A DNA stretch of 64,000 bases from an uncultured cyanobacterium (lineage in GTDB: Bacteria > Cyanobacteriota > Cyanobacteriia > Cyanobacteriales > Cyanobacteriaceae), in assembly GCA_963749915.1 (NCBI GenBank), contig CAVVOP010000011.1, positions 23,360-87,359 on the forward strand. The letters are read 5' to 3'. The translations under genes were made by a program, and so were the position numbers. Below are positions 9,737-20,704 of the stretch, piece after piece. The notes beneath the pieces were generated by a model. It was not told where the DNA came from and did not search any database. It saw only the letters and a list, made by a program, of their open reading frames with translations. How positions within the stretch are numbered: the first letter of the stretch is position 1; every line of letters starts with the position of its first letter.

Positions 9737-11233
9737 TTAAGTTAGTCTTAATTGATTACGGGAAGCTAAACGAGCTTTTCCCGATGTTGCCCAATTTTGC
9801 AAAAACTCAATCTGTTCCTTGGCAGTACGAGCTAAGGGTATAATTTGACTAGCGGCGGTTAATATATCATCGGTGGTAAAGTCTCGATTTTGACTAAAGC
9901 CTAAGTGCATCGCTTCAATGATGGTTTGCTCAATTTCGGCCCCTGAAAATTCGGGAGTTTCATAGGCTAATCGTTTAATATCATAGCTTTTGAGGTTATG
10001 GGGACGCAATCTAGTTAAATGCACATTGAAAATCGCTTCCCTTTCTTCTTGGCTAGGCAATCCCACAAAAAATATTTCGTCAAATCGTCCTTTTCTGAGA
10101 ATTTCTGCCGGTAAACTTTGAATATTATTAGCGGTGGCTACCACAAAAACGGGGCTTTCTTTTTCCGCTAACCAAGTAATAAATGTGCCAAACACCCGGC
10201 TAGTTGTGCCTGAATCCCCTTTACCATCAGCACCAGCAAAACTCTTATCGATCTCATCAATCCATAAAATACAGGGGGATAAGGCCTCTGCTAGGTTGAT
10301 CATCTGACGGGTGCGAGACTCGGATTCCCCCACCAATCCCCCAAATAGTCGCCCTACATCTAAGCGTAGTAACGGCAAGTGCCAATGGTGTGCGATCGCC
10401 TTTGCGGTTAAAGATTTTCCTGTACCTTGAATGCCCACTAATAGTAATCCTCTGGGATATGGTAGCCCGTAAGCCCTTGCAGATTCACTAAAGGCACCAC
10501 CCCGTCTCAATAACCATTCTTTGAGATTATCTAAACCGCCGATGTCGGATATTTGTTCTTTGGCTGGATAGTAATCAAGGATTTGTGTTTGTCGTATGGA
10601 CTGTTTTTTCTCCTCTAGTATCAGTTCTACGTCTTCTTCCTCTAATGTCCCATTTTGAGCGATCGCCCGTGTCAGGACCCTTCTAATGCGTTCTAGGGAG
10701 AGTCCTTGGGCGGATCTCACTAATTCTCCTAAAAATTGTTGACTAAGAGATTGCCCCGTAGATGATAATAGCCGTTGAATTTCGTATTTGATTTCTTCGG
10801 CTTGGGGTAAGGCAAACTCAACGATAGTAAAGACTTCTTTTAATTCTGTGGGAAGGTTAATTTCTGGGGCGACTACCACAATATTTTTCGGTTGTGCCTT
10901 CAAAATTCGGGCTAAATTACGCAATTTACGGGAAACGGAAATATCCTCCAAAAATCGGTGAAAATCCCTTAAAATAAAGATTCCCCCCGTATTAGAGGGC
11001 AATTTTTCAATAAATTCAAGGGCTTGTAAAGGGTTCCGTCTGCCAAAATTCGCATTATTAGGATTATCTTGATAGCCGTCAACGAAATCCCATGTATAGA
11101 TGTTGCGATTATTGGCATTTTTCCCCACCGTTGCGATCGCCTTTTCAACTCTTTCTTCTTCTTGGGTAGGGATATAAATAAGAGGGTAACACGCCCTTAA
11201 TAACAGTGAAAATTCTTGACTAAATTGATTCAT
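9737..11233 (-). CDS. ycf46: AAA ATPase Ycf46
   Basis: GIQGTGKS Walker A, LWIDEIDK Walker B, RKGRFDE; position in the yidC-jag operon. Confidence 0.92.
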   Translation of the reverse strand: MNQFSQEFSLLLRACYPLIYIPTQEEERVEKAIATVGKNANNRNIYTWDFVDGYQDNPNNANFGRRNPLQALEFIEKLPSNTGGIFILRDFHRFLEDISVSRKLRNLARILKAQPKNIVVVAPEINLPTELKEVFTIVEFALPQAEEIKYEIQRLLSSTGQSLSQQFLGELVRSAQGLSLERIRRVLTRAIAQNGTLEEEDVELILEEKKQSIRQTQILDYYPAKEQISDIGGLDNLKEWLLRRGGAFSESARAYGLPYPRGLLLVGIQGTGKSLTAKAIAHHWHLPLLRLDVGRLFGGLVGESESRTRQMINLAEALSPCILWIDEIDKSFAGADGKGDSGTTSRVFGTFITWLAEKESPVFVVATANNIQSLPAEILRKGRFDEIFFVGLPSQEEREAIFNVHLTRLRPHNLKSYDIKRLAYETPEFSGAEIEQTIIEAMHLGFSQNRDFTTDDILTAASQIIPLARTAKEQIEFLQNWATSGKARLASRNQLRLT

Positions 11234-11270
11234 TTTGTTTATTTGTCAAAGGTCTAGGAAGGATCTAGGT

Positions 11271-11771
11271 CTAGGGGGGATCTATAAGACTAGCAAGACT
11301 CGACCAACGACCATCTTTAGTTGTAATATCTTCTTTCTCCTTGATCATTGGAGGTTGACAGTTGTTACCACAAAGGTTGCGCAGTGGCATCGCTAGAGAT
11401 AATTGCTCATAAATCCAATCATCGACAATTAAGTTACCATCAGGGGGTAAAGTCTCGGAAAGATCTTCGGTGATAATTTCTCTTTCCAAAGGTAAGTTTA
11501 GATCTGATTCTTGCTCTTTCAATAAAATAATCTCCGAAGTATCTACTTCTAAACGATAGTTAAAAGTTTGTAAACAGCGATCGCAGGATAAAGTTAAGAT
11601 GGTATCGGCTTGTAATTGTAGCTCTAAAAAGTTACCCCGATGGGCAACCTGAAAAACGCCTCTGACCGGAGTAAGACTATTTAAGCCCGAAATTTGATGA
11701 TTCAACTTAATTTCCTCTTTTTGTTCGGGCATTTTCAACAATCGAGGGATATAAATTTTTTCCATGATCAA
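11271..11771 (-). CDS. yceD: YceD/DUF177 family protein
   Basis: CDRCL, EQLSLAMP...LC...C, D.RW..L. Confidence 0.88.
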   Translation of the reverse strand: MIMEKIYIPRLLKMPEQKEEIKLNHQISGLNSLTPVRGVFQVAHRGNFLELQLQADTILTLSCDRCLQTFNYRLEVDTSEIILLKEQESDLNLPLEREIITEDLSETLPPDGNLIVDDWIYEQLSLAMPLRNLCGNNCQPPMIKEKEDITTKDGRWSSLASLIDPP

Positions 11772-11806
11772 CGCTATTGATAAGGTTTTTGGTGGACAAT
11801 ACCCAC

Positions 11807-12442
11807 CTACTTATGATTCTGTAACCACTGACGAAATTCTCTTAATAAGGCATTTTCCCCCATTTGTTTACGCTTTTGTAAAAATCTGAGAACATCTTTT
11901 TTTGTCAAAATTGACAATACATTAGATCGATCGTGCAGTTCATAGACTCCGTTTTGTAATACATAAATAAATAAGTCCTCACCATCAAATCGCCACACTT
12001 CACCAATGCCAAGACTAGCATAAATACTTAATCGATCCAAAGAGCTGCTGGTAATATCAATTTCAAGGGCTAAATCTGGAGGAGGATTTATATTCAAGTC
12101 AAAATCTAACTTCCCTCGAATGATGGCCTCATTAGTGATGTAATAACACTCATCAGGTTCAATACCTCGTTGTAAATCTTCCCGACTCCATGTCGTCGAA
12201 CCCAAACTAAAGATCTCCAACCCTAAAAATTCTGTTGTTGTTTCCACTATGCGCCCCAAAAACCTCTTGTTAAGCTCATGTTCTGGTAAGGGAGTCATAA
12301 TTTCCAATATGCCCTGATTATAGGTCAATTTTTTACTGGGATTTTCAGCTAAATCCAAAGCCAAAGCCTGATAAGTTTCCCACCCTATGCCTGTTAAAAG
12401 GGATCGAGTTTCTGCTTGACGTATATTATTGATAACTTTCAT
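11807..12442 (-). CDS. Uma2 family (PD-(D/E)xK) endonuclease-like protein
   Basis: LEIMTPLPEHE, EPDECYY, PPDLALEID, EVWRFDG. Confidence 0.92.
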   Translation of the reverse strand: MKVINNIRQAETRSLLTGIGWETYQALALDLAENPSKKLTYNQGILEIMTPLPEHELNKRFLGRIVETTTEFLGLEIFSLGSTTWSREDLQRGIEPDECYYITNEAIIRGKLDFDLNINPPPDLALEIDITSSSLDRLSIYASLGIGEVWRFDGEDLFIYVLQNGVYELHDRSNVLSILTKKDVLRFLQKRKQMGENALLREFRQWLQNHK

Positions 12443-12536
12443 GATTACAATTCGGGGTTCGAATAGAGGACAAGTTTTGGACTAAAAGATTGGGAGGAAT
12501 AGTTAATATTGTTAATTGTTAATTGTTAATTGTTAC

Positions 12537-13028
12537 TTATTCTCTTAATTTAACCAGTAAACGCCGATCAGGCTCATTTCCCTGACTTTCGGTGGACAAA
12601 TCTCCCGATTTCTCCAGAATGCTATGAATTTGGCGACGTTCTACCGATGATAGATACCGTATTTCCTCAGGTACACCCGTTACACGCACTTTTTCTGCTG
12701 CTTTTTGGGCGATGGCCATTAATTCCGCCTGACGACGAAGACGATAGCCATTTAATTCCACAGTAAAGAAACGATGAGAACCCTCTTCCACAGAGATATT
12801 CAGCAAAGCATTGACTAAATATTGAATCGCATCAATAGTTTCCCCTTTTTTTCCCGTTAAGGTTTCAATTTTGGCTAAATCTAAAGTACTTTCATCAATG
12901 GTAAGCCAACAGGAAATAACTTGATCCCCATTTTCCTCTAGTCTGCCTAAATTAACGTTAGCAGGAACACCCATTAATTTTAAAAGAGTTTCCAACCATT
13001 TTTGACCCCGTTGGATTTGTTCATCCAT
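12537..13028 (-). CDS. jag: Jag/KhpB family R3H RNA-binding protein
   Basis: GKKGETIDAIQYL; ERRQIH R3H motif; S.G.EPDR. Confidence 0.88.
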   Translation of the reverse strand: MDEQIQRGQKWLETLLKLMGVPANVNLGRLEENGDQVISCWLTIDESTLDLAKIETLTGKKGETIDAIQYLVNALLNISVEEGSHRFFTVELNGYRLRRQAELMAIAQKAAEKVRVTGVPEEIRYLSSVERRQIHSILEKSGDLSTESQGNEPDRRLLVKLRE

Positions 13029-13052
13029 AATTGATATAAAAAATATGATTGA

Positions 13053-14198
13053 TTATGAAGTTTTTTCTTTCTTTTTCTGACTTTTTTTCTCAAAAGGAAT
13101 TTCTTCCCTACCCCTAGCAGCCTTTTCCCTTTCTTCCACTATTTTTTGAATATTCTCTGGTAATGGTTCACGAGTTAAAATCAGAGTTTGAATAGTTTGG
13201 AAAACGTTGGCAATAACTATATACATTAAAACCCCCGCAGGAAGTGGGAAAAATAAAAACATCCCCGAAAAGATTACGGGAGTAATTTTATTAACGGTTT
13301 GTTGTTGATCACTACCGGAAGGAGTTTGACCACTACCTGATAATTCTTGGTTTAGATAAATACTTAAACCAAAAAAGATCACCATTCCTAAAATATCCCA
13401 GTTAATCGAACCATCTTCACCAGTAACACCAACTCGGCCCAAGGCTTTAATGAATAAAAATCCTTTGTCGGCGGCAATACCCGGAATGGTAACTTGAATG
13501 GTAGCGTCCCCCGTAGCTAAAGCCGTAATTTCCCCATTTTCATTAACGGTAACTCTTTCTTCACCTTTGGTTACCTGCCAATGAGGTTGTAAATGACTAT
13601 CAGGATATTGAGCAACTAAATCCTGTAATGATTTACCTTCGATGGTTTGAAACTCAATTTTTTGGGTTTCACCAACGGTTAATTTATTTCCTGTGGGCAA
13701 AATCGCCGTAATTTTATTATGCACTCCATCATTGATAAAGATATTTTGAGACTTAGTGCTATAGGCTTCAGGTTGAATACGTTCTATTTGTTCTTGAGGA
13801 AAAATCTGTACATCGACAGTGTAGTTAATGTCTGAAAAAGGGGATCCTCTCAGGGTTGCAAATAAAGCAAATAAAATGGGCATTTGTAACAACAAGGGAA
13901 GGCATCCAGCCAGAGGATTACCAAACTCTTGCATTATTTTCGCCATTTCCTCCTGTTGTTTTTGAGGATTATCTTTATATTTTTTTTGTATTTCTTCCTG
14001 TCTTTGTTTCATCAAAGGCTGAGTAATGCGCATTTTTCTCATATTGCGGATTTGTCCAGCACTGAGGGGATAAACGGCAAATCTCACCACTAAAGTGAGG
14101 GCAACAATTCCGAAACCATAACTAGGCACAATCCCGTAGAAAAAGTCGAGGATTGGCAACATAATATTAGTTGATATAAAACCTATACCAAAATCCAT
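13053..14198 (-). CDS. yidC: membrane protein insertase YidC
   Basis: [27 protein letters not shown]. Confidence 0.95.
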   Translation of the reverse strand: MDFGIGFISTNIMLPILDFFYGIVPSYGFGIVALTLVVRFAVYPLSAGQIRNMRKMRITQPLMKQRQEEIQKKYKDNPQKQQEEMAKIMQEFGNPLAGCLPLLLQMPILFALFATLRGSPFSDINYTVDVQIFPQEQIERIQPEAYSTKSQNIFINDGVHNKITAILPTGNKLTVGETQKIEFQTIEGKSLQDLVAQYPDSHLQPHWQVTKGEERVTVNENGEITALATGDATIQVTIPGIAADKGFLFIKALGRVGVTGEDGSINWDILGMVIFFGLSIYLNQELSGSGQTPSGSDQQQTVNKITPVIFSGMFLFFPLPAGVLMYIVIANVFQTIQTLILTREPLPENIQKIVEEREKAARGREEIPFEKKSQKKKEKTS

Positions 14199-14296
14199 TG
14201 TAATCTCTTTGATTTACTATATTTTTAATTCTAAACAGATATTAATTGATAACGATAACCTTTCGTTGGTAATTGCTAATTGCCAATTGTTCATGG

Positions 14297-14689
14297 TTAT
14301 TGTGCGATGGCATCCTTCGGACGGCCAGTTTTATCCGCTGCCCGTTCGGTAATATAATCATAAATTTCACGAAAACGGGGAACAGCACGCATTTCCAAAC
14401 GGCTTCGGTCCTTGAGTGTCACCACAATATCGCCCCACAAACCTAAACCTCTGGGTACTTTGACCACTTTAACAATTTCTGAGTAAATAATATCAGTACG
14501 GTCTTTACCCATCCATCCGCCGGTGATGGAAATTCGACGATCAGTAATACGAAATCTTAACCAAATAGCACGAACGATCGCCCCAACGGTGAGAGGGAGA
14601 CAGATAACCGTAAAAGCCAATAAAATATTGAAAATGAGATCCCCGATGTGAGGTCCACCTTCATAAAAAACGTCTTCTCTAATTCCCAT
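14297..14689 (-). CDS. bacterial PH-domain membrane protein
   Basis: Conserved cyanobacterial gene between rnpA and yidC; FYEGGPH, RFRITDRRI. Confidence 0.85.
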   Translation of the reverse strand: MGIREDVFYEGGPHIGDLIFNILLAFTVICLPLTVGAIVRAIWLRFRITDRRISITGGWMGKDRTDIIYSEIVKVVKVPRGLGLWGDIVVTLKDRSRLEMRAVPRFREIYDYITERAADKTGRPKDAIAQ

Positions 14690-15044
14690 GGATTATTTCC
14701 GCTCTAATTAATAACTGTTCTAATTCTCTCAAAAAATGTTCATAATTGCATTCTTGAGCTGATGGTTTCACGATAACAACAATAAGCCAAGGAGAGGAGA
14801 TATTCGGCAGTAAACACCGAAATGCTGATCTGATTTGTCTTTTAATGCGGTTGCGAACTACAGCTTTTTTGCTAACTTTGCGACTAATAGAAATACCTAT
14901 TTTTGTGTCCATAGGTTGGGCAAAATTTTCGGTCACTGGTAAAGCTCGAATAATGAGATAATGACCAGAGCGGCGAATACCCTGCTGATAAACAGATTGA
15001 AAATCCCACCGCCGTTTAAGTCTATGGCGTGATGGTAGTCCCAC
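14679..15044 (-). CDS. rnpA: ribonuclease P protein component
   Basis: KKAVVRNRIKR RNR motif; GTG start. Confidence 0.95.
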   Translation of the reverse strand: MGLPSRHRLKRRWDFQSVYQQGIRRSGHYLIIRALPVTENFAQPMDTKIGISISRKVSKKAVVRNRIKRQIRSAFRCLLPNISSPWLIVVIVKPSAQECNYEHFLRELEQLLIRAEIIHGN

Positions 15045-15122
15045 CTAAATTTATGATAATTACAATAAAAAAATGAGAGATAGTGATTCTAAGGGAATAA
15101 GAAATACAAAATTAACAATAAG

Positions 15123-15260
15123 TTATACAGACAATCTTTTTCTACCTTTGCTACGACGAGCTTGAATCACTTTACGACCATTTTCCGTTCTCATCCTTGC
15201 ACGAAAACCAGAGGTTCTTCTTTGTTTACGTCTTGTGCCATTTAAAGTATGTTTACTCAA
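15123..15260 (-). CDS. rpmH: 50S ribosomal protein L34
   Basis: Manual translation (TTG start, AGGAGG upstream): [45 protein letters not shown]. Confidence 0.95.
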   Translation of the reverse strand: MSKHTLNGTRRKQRRTSGFRARMRTENGRKVIQARRSKGRKRLSV

Positions 15261-15395
15261 CGGTTTTTCCTCCTTAAATTTAGTTAATTTAAAAAACAGC
15301 AATAACCATTATATGCTAGATTTACTAACCACGTCTATATTCGATGAACAATTGACAATGGATAATCAATAAACTCCTAAAATTTCAAACATATT

Positions 15396-15551
15396 TTAAT
15401 TAAACTTTGCTTTTGCTTCTAAATAAAGTTTCGCAGTAATAAGCGTTTCTCCCTTATCACTGACAAACTTTTCAATTTTCTTCCTAGCCGCAGGACGTAC
15501 GAAAAAAGGTATTTCCTTTAATTTTGCCTCAGCTTCTGGTGTCCATTCCAT
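15396..15551 (-). CDS. stand-alone PCP_red (ChlB C-terminal-like) domain protein
   Basis: Manual translation MEWTPEAEAKLKEIPFFVRPAARKKIEKF...YLEAKAKFN. Confidence 0.88.
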   Translation of the reverse strand: MEWTPEAEAKLKEIPFFVRPAARKKIEKFVSDKGETLITAKLYLEAKAKFN

Positions 15552-15652
15552 GGTTTTTTGTTATATTTAACTAAATTATTACAAGGCTAATAATATCTCA
15601 AAGATCGTGATTTTCCCTAAGTCATTAACTATAAAATAATAACAGTCAGATT

Positions 15653-16303
15653 TTGAATAGTCGCTTAATTCTTAAAGAAACATTATTATCAGAAATTAAA
15701 AACCTCGCCAAAAATCGTGAAATTAACCCTGAATATCCTATTACAGATTCAATGTTATCCCCTTCCGAAGTGAGGAACATTGAGCAAATAACTGTCAATT
15801 TAGAGGGTTATAATCCCTTTCCTAAACCGTTATTTAATGGAGTTAATTTATTAGATGGAATCTGGCAATTACATTATTCAACAGCTAGGGAAATTAGGTC
15901 TTTAAATAAATTACCTTTAGGCTTTAAATTACAACAGGTTTATCAAATAATAGACACTCAAAAAGCTTCATTTTTTAATATTGCTTTTGTAAAACATTCT
16001 TCAGGTTTAATCAAGGGATATGTTAAAGTAACCGCTACTTTTGCTCCAAAAATAGAAAATAACGAAATTTTACCCAAAGATATAATTAATGTAAATTTTG
16101 AAAAACGTTTTCTTTCTATTACAAAAATAGCGGGAATAAAAACACCAATATTAGATCCAGTTAAAGTATTTAACGCCCGTAATCCTGAAGGAAGAATCCC
16201 CAGTTTAAAAGTTACTTATATTGATGAGTCTTTAAGGATTGGGAGAGGTGGCGATGGTAGTTTATTTATTCTTTCTAAGCAAGGAAAAATGATTGATGAT
16301 TAA
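15653..16303 (+). CDS. PAP/fibrillin family protein
   Basis: LDGIWQLHYST, VYQIID, VTYIDESLRIGRG. Confidence 0.88.
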   Translation: MNSRLILKETLLSEIKNLAKNREINPEYPITDSMLSPSEVRNIEQITVNLEGYNPFPKPLFNGVNLLDGIWQLHYSTAREIRSLNKLPLGFKLQQVYQIIDTQKASFFNIAFVKHSSGLIKGYVKVTATFAPKIENNEILPKDIINVNFEKRFLSITKIAGIKTPILDPVKVFNARNPEGRIPSLKVTYIDESLRIGRGGDGSLFILSKQGKMIDD

Positions 16304-16451
16304 AAGGTGAATTTTATTCTTATGTCCCAAATATGAGTTAATTACTTTAATTAAGAGAAATTATGATTATCCAGTATCTATTATTAGTTAATAAAAGTTA
16401 ACTTTTTTATTGTTTTTTAACCACAACTACTCTGAAAGAGCCTTAAATTTT

Positions 16452-16856
16452 ATGACTCACGATCTAAATAAAGCCTTGACCATACTTAAACAATATAGTT
16501 GTATAGAAGTAAAAATGGTCAATTCTGATGCAGAAAAACAACAGTTACAAGAGGCGTTAAAATTAATAGTTAGTTTATCTGATAATCAAAATTTCGGTAT
16601 TTGTGCTTCCACCACCACAGAAGCCTTTAATACTTTAAAAAATTATTTACAAGCATTAGGATATAGTGAGGATATCGGGAACAATTTACCCAAAGAAGAT
16701 AAGCCCGTTTATGTTAAATTTAGTACTGAAAGAAACTCCTATAATTTAAGTGATTATCTAGGGGGGTATCGGGGAGTTTTAATTACTATTTTTGCTGATT
16801 TTGAGGATAAAATTGTCGGGACTTATGGTCATTTACCTTTGGATTTATTTCCCTAA
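16452..16856 (+). CDS. DUF1824 family protein
   Basis: FGICA, VYVKF, Y.G.YRGVLI, TYGHLPLDLF. Confidence 0.8.
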   Translation: MTHDLNKALTILKQYSCIEVKMVNSDAEKQQLQEALKLIVSLSDNQNFGICASTTTEAFNTLKNYLQALGYSEDIGNNLPKEDKPVYVKFSTERNSYNLSDYLGGYRGVLITIFADFEDKIVGTYGHLPLDLFP

Positions 16857-16934
16857 ATTTTCATTCATAAGTTTCAATAATAAGCATCTTTAATTTGGGT
16901 TGGCATTGTATAAAAATCTTTTAACCTTTTTTAC

Positions 16935-17117
16935 TCAATTTTCATCAAAAGACCATCCTATAAAAATAATAATTGTGCTTAATAATATTATTGCTAAGTA
17001 ATGACCTATGCCGCTGAATATATTCAGTAAAGGAACGGTTATAAAGTTAAAACTGATTTTGTTGAAGACGAAAATAAAAAAGACCACAAACAACAAAATA
17101 ATCATGATGAAAAACAT
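16935..17117 (-). CDS. small hydrophobic hypothetical protein
   Basis: 60-aa ORF with two TM-like segments filling the intergenic gap. Confidence 0.4.
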   Translation of the reverse strand: MFFIMIILLFVVFFIFVFNKISFNFITVPLLNIFSGIGHYLAIILLSTIIIFIGWSFDEN

Positions 17118-17184
17118 TATAATTCTACCGTTAAGATATTATAGAAAATAAATAACTGTTTAAAATTTATTTAAAAGATTAACA

Positions 17185-19257
17185 ATGACTACTATAAGCA
17201 ATCCCTTATTAATCGGTGAAGGATTACCTCCATTTAATGATATTAAATCTGATGATATCATTCCAGGCATTAAACAATTATTAAGGGAATTAGATGGGGA
17301 ATTAGGCCAACTAGAGGCTATTGTTCAACCCACATGGCAGGGTTTAGTTGTGCCTTTGAATCGCCTAGAAGATAGACTGCGATGGAGTTGGGGCATTATT
17401 GGGCATCTGATGGGCGTTAAAAATAGCCCTGAATTGCGATCCGCTTATGAAACTATACAACCTGATTTAGTACAATTTGCCAACAAATTAAGTCAAAGTA
17501 GGGCTTTATATGAAGGGTTTACCAAGATTCGGGATAGTCAAGAATGGGATAGTTTCGAGTCGGCACAAAAAAGAATCATCGAGGCGGCTATCAAAGAAGC
17601 GGAGTTATCGGGGGTTGCCTTAGAAGGAGATAAAAAAGAGCGTTTTAACCAAATTCAGTTAAAATTAGCGGAATTATCGACAAAATTCGCCAATAATGTT
17701 TTAGATTCTACTAAAGCCTTTAAATTAAGACTCACGACTCCCGAAGAAATCGATGGTTTACCTGCTAGTTTACTCAGTTTATCAGCACAAACAGCTAGAA
17801 GTGAAGGAGATGAGAATGCTACTCCTGAAAGTGGTCCTTGGGTGATAACCTTAGATTATCCTAGTTACGTGCCTTTCCTTAAGTTTAGTAAAAAGGAGGA
17901 TTTAAGAGAAAAAGTGTATCGGGCGTTTATTAGTCGTGCTGGAAGCGGAGAATTTGACAATAACCCCTTAATTAATCAAATTTTGACCTTAAAACAGGAA
18001 TTAGCCCAGATTTTGGGTTATTCTAACTATGCTGAGGTCAGTCTTGCTAAAAAAATGGCGGATAGTGTGGAGGCTGTCGAAAAATTATTGGAAGAATTGC
18101 GAGTTGTCAGTTATCCCGCGGCCGTCAAGGAGTTGAAAGAGTTAAAAGAGTTTGCCAAAATTGATGACTTAAAACCTTGGGATGTGAGTTTTTGGGCAGA
18201 AAAGCAGAGAGAAACTAAGTTTAATTTTACAGAGGAAGAATTACGCCCTTATTTCCCCTTGAATCAGGTGTTGGAGGGTTTATTTGCCTTAGCAAAACGG
18301 ATTTTTGGAGTGAATATTACTCCTGCCAATGGAAGTGCACCAGTTTGGCATGAGGATGTCCAATATTTTCAAGTTGCCGATGAAAGTAACGGAATTATCG
18401 CCCATTTTTACCTTGATGCCTATTCCCGACCATCGGAAAAAAGAGGTGGTGCATGGATGGATGATTGTTTGGGAAGGGCAAAATTTGAGAAAAATGGCCA
18501 GGTTATCACCCGTCTCCCTGTGGCTTATTTGACTTGTAACCAAACACCACCTATTGATGGGAAGCCTAGCTTAATGACTTTTGCGGAGGTAGAAACTTTA
18601 TTCCATGAGTTTGGCCATGGCTTACAGCATATGTTAACGGTGATTGACTATTCAGGTGCATCGGGAATTAATAATGTGGAATGGGATGCGGTGGAGTTGC
18701 CTAGCCAGTTTATGGAAAATTGGTGTTTGGAGAAAAATACCCTCTTTGGCATGGCAAAGCATTACGAGACGGGGGAAACTTTGCCTTATCACTATTATGA
18801 AAAATTGTTGGCTTCTAAAAATTACATGAGTGGCTCGGTTATGTTGCGTCAACTCCATTTGAGTCTCGTGGATTTGGAGTTACATTCTCGTTACCAACCA
18901 AATAGTGGTGAAACTCCCCATCAAGTAAGGGATCGCATAGCTAAAGTAACTACAGTTATGCCACCATTACCCGAAGATCAACTTTTATGTAGCTTCGGGC
19001 ATATTTTCGGCGGTGGTTATGCGGCCGGTTACTATAGTTATAAATGGGCAGAAGTTCTCAGTGCGGACGCGTTTTCGGCTTTTGAAGAGGTGGGCTTGGA
19101 AGATGAATCGGCCATGGCCAAAGTGGGCAGACGTTTTCGGGATACGGTGTTAGCATTGGGTGGTAGTTTATCCCCCATGGAGGTCTTTAAACTATTTCGA
19201 GGCAGACAACCAAATACTGAGCCTTTATTAAGACATAGCGGACTGTTAGCTGCGTAA
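17185..19257 (+). CDS. prlC: oligopeptidase A (M3 family)
   Basis: HEFGHGLQH, DAVELPSQ, GYYSYKWAE. Confidence 0.95.
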   Translation: MTTISNPLLIGEGLPPFNDIKSDDIIPGIKQLLRELDGELGQLEAIVQPTWQGLVVPLNRLEDRLRWSWGIIGHLMGVKNSPELRSAYETIQPDLVQFANKLSQSRALYEGFTKIRDSQEWDSFESAQKRIIEAAIKEAELSGVALEGDKKERFNQIQLKLAELSTKFANNVLDSTKAFKLRLTTPEEIDGLPASLLSLSAQTARSEGDENATPESGPWVITLDYPSYVPFLKFSKKEDLREKVYRAFISRAGSGEFDNNPLINQILTLKQELAQILGYSNYAEVSLAKKMADSVEAVEKLLEELRVVSYPAAVKELKELKEFAKIDDLKPWDVSFWAEKQRETKFNFTEEELRPYFPLNQVLEGLFALAKRIFGVNITPANGSAPVWHEDVQYFQVADESNGIIAHFYLDAYSRPSEKRGGAWMDDCLGRAKFEKNGQVITRLPVAYLTCNQTPPIDGKPSLMTFAEVETLFHEFGHGLQHMLTVIDYSGASGINNVEWDAVELPSQFMENWCLEKNTLFGMAKHYETGETLPYHYYEKLLASKNYMSGSVMLRQLHLSLVDLELHSRYQPNSGETPHQVRDRIAKVTTVMPPLPEDQLLCSFGHIFGGGYAAGYYSYKWAEVLSADAFSAFEEVGLEDESAMAKVGRRFRDTVLALGGSLSPMEVFKLFRGRQPNTEPLLRHSGLLAA

Positions 19258-19425
19258 TTTTCCCTAAATCCCCGTTCTTGGGGACTTTTTTCCATTTATC
19301 TCATATTATTCACTTTCCCCACGTCAAAATATGTTCATAATGAAAATTGGGGTTGCAAATGACCAATATTAAAAGAGAAATTAGCTATTAAAAGACTTTC
19401 ATTGTTTACTGTTCATGGATAAAAA

Positions 19426-20622
19426 ATGCTTGATTTAGCCAAATTAGCTTCAAAAATGCCGAATATGGGGCAGGAAATGCAAAAAGATGCCTTAGCTAGT
19501 GTCGAAAGGTTAAAACTAGCTCAATCTCTACTTGTTAAAACTCAGGAACAACAAGATACTTTCATTAAAACACAGGAAGAATGGAGGGATCGCTTAATTT
19601 TTACGGCGGCAACTCCTCTGGAATCGATAACTACTTGTGTTGATGTAGAATCTGCCCCTGTCAATCATAGCGTATTTTCTGCCGACGGCTCACAAATAGC
19701 CCCTTCTCATCACGAAATCGCTTACTGTTATTTAATTAATATTGGGCGGATTATGTTGCATTATGGGCAAAATTTACATCCTCTTCTTGATACTTTACCC
19801 GAAATTTACTATAAGTCTGAAGATTTATACGCTTCCCGAAAATGGGGCATTCGTACGGAAGAATGGATGAGTTATCGGCGCACGGTTGCCGAAGCTGAAG
19901 TGTTGGCAGAAATGGCTTGTACATGGGTTAATCCGCCGGGTGCCCATTTTAATGTCCCCAATTTAGCCATGACCGATGGTTCGTTAATCTACTGGTTTTT
20001 GGAAACTATAGCCGTGGAAGCTAGAGAGCAAATTTTAACTCCCATTTTACAGGCATGGGAGCAATTACGACAAGCCAATATTCCTTTTGTGGGTTATGTT
20101 AGTGCTTCCCGCAGTATGGAAGCAATTAATTTTCTTCGTTTTCCCCAATGCACCTATGATAATCCTAATTGTGTCGTTTTTTGCGGTGAAGAAATCAATA
20201 AAACTCCCTGTCAAAAAGTTGAGCCAATACGAGATGCTACTTTATGGAGTAGTACATTGAAGCCTCGCCAAAGAAGTGCACTTTTTCGCAGTAACTCCCG
20301 AATTTTGGATTTATATGGAGAAAAACAACATATTTACTTCTGTTATCTTCATGTAAATACGGAAGTCGCCCGTTTAGAGTTTCCTCAGTGGGTAGCGGAA
20401 GATTCTACTTTACTCAATCAGGCTTTAAGTATTACCCTCACCCAAGTTGATAAAGGTTTTGGTTATCCAGTTGCTTTAGCTGAAGCCCATAATTTGGCCG
20501 TAGTTAAAGGTAGCGATCGCAGTCGTTTCTTTGCACTACTAGAAGAGCAAATGATTAAGGCAGGGTTAAGAAACGTTGGTACCTCCTATAAGGAAGCACG
20601 TAAACGAGGCAGTATAGCTTAA
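19426..20622 (+). CDS. nurA: NurA-domain nuclease
   Basis: ADGSQ, DGSL, GYPVALAEAH. Confidence 0.85.
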   Translation: MLDLAKLASKMPNMGQEMQKDALASVERLKLAQSLLVKTQEQQDTFIKTQEEWRDRLIFTAATPLESITTCVDVESAPVNHSVFSADGSQIAPSHHEIAYCYLINIGRIMLHYGQNLHPLLDTLPEIYYKSEDLYASRKWGIRTEEWMSYRRTVAEAEVLAEMACTWVNPPGAHFNVPNLAMTDGSLIYWFLETIAVEAREQILTPILQAWEQLRQANIPFVGYVSASRSMEAINFLRFPQCTYDNPNCVVFCGEEINKTPCQKVEPIRDATLWSSTLKPRQRSALFRSNSRILDLYGEKQHIYFCYLHVNTEVARLEFPQWVAEDSTLLNQALSITLTQVDKGFGYPVALAEAHNLAVVKGSDRSRFFALLEEQMIKAGLRNVGTSYKEARKRGSIA

Positions 20623-20704
20623 TGTTAATTAAGCTAAAACAATAATCAATCTTGCTAAATTTTCGGACTAGAGAGGTAAACTGGAATTACCTTCCCAATC
20701 AAAA

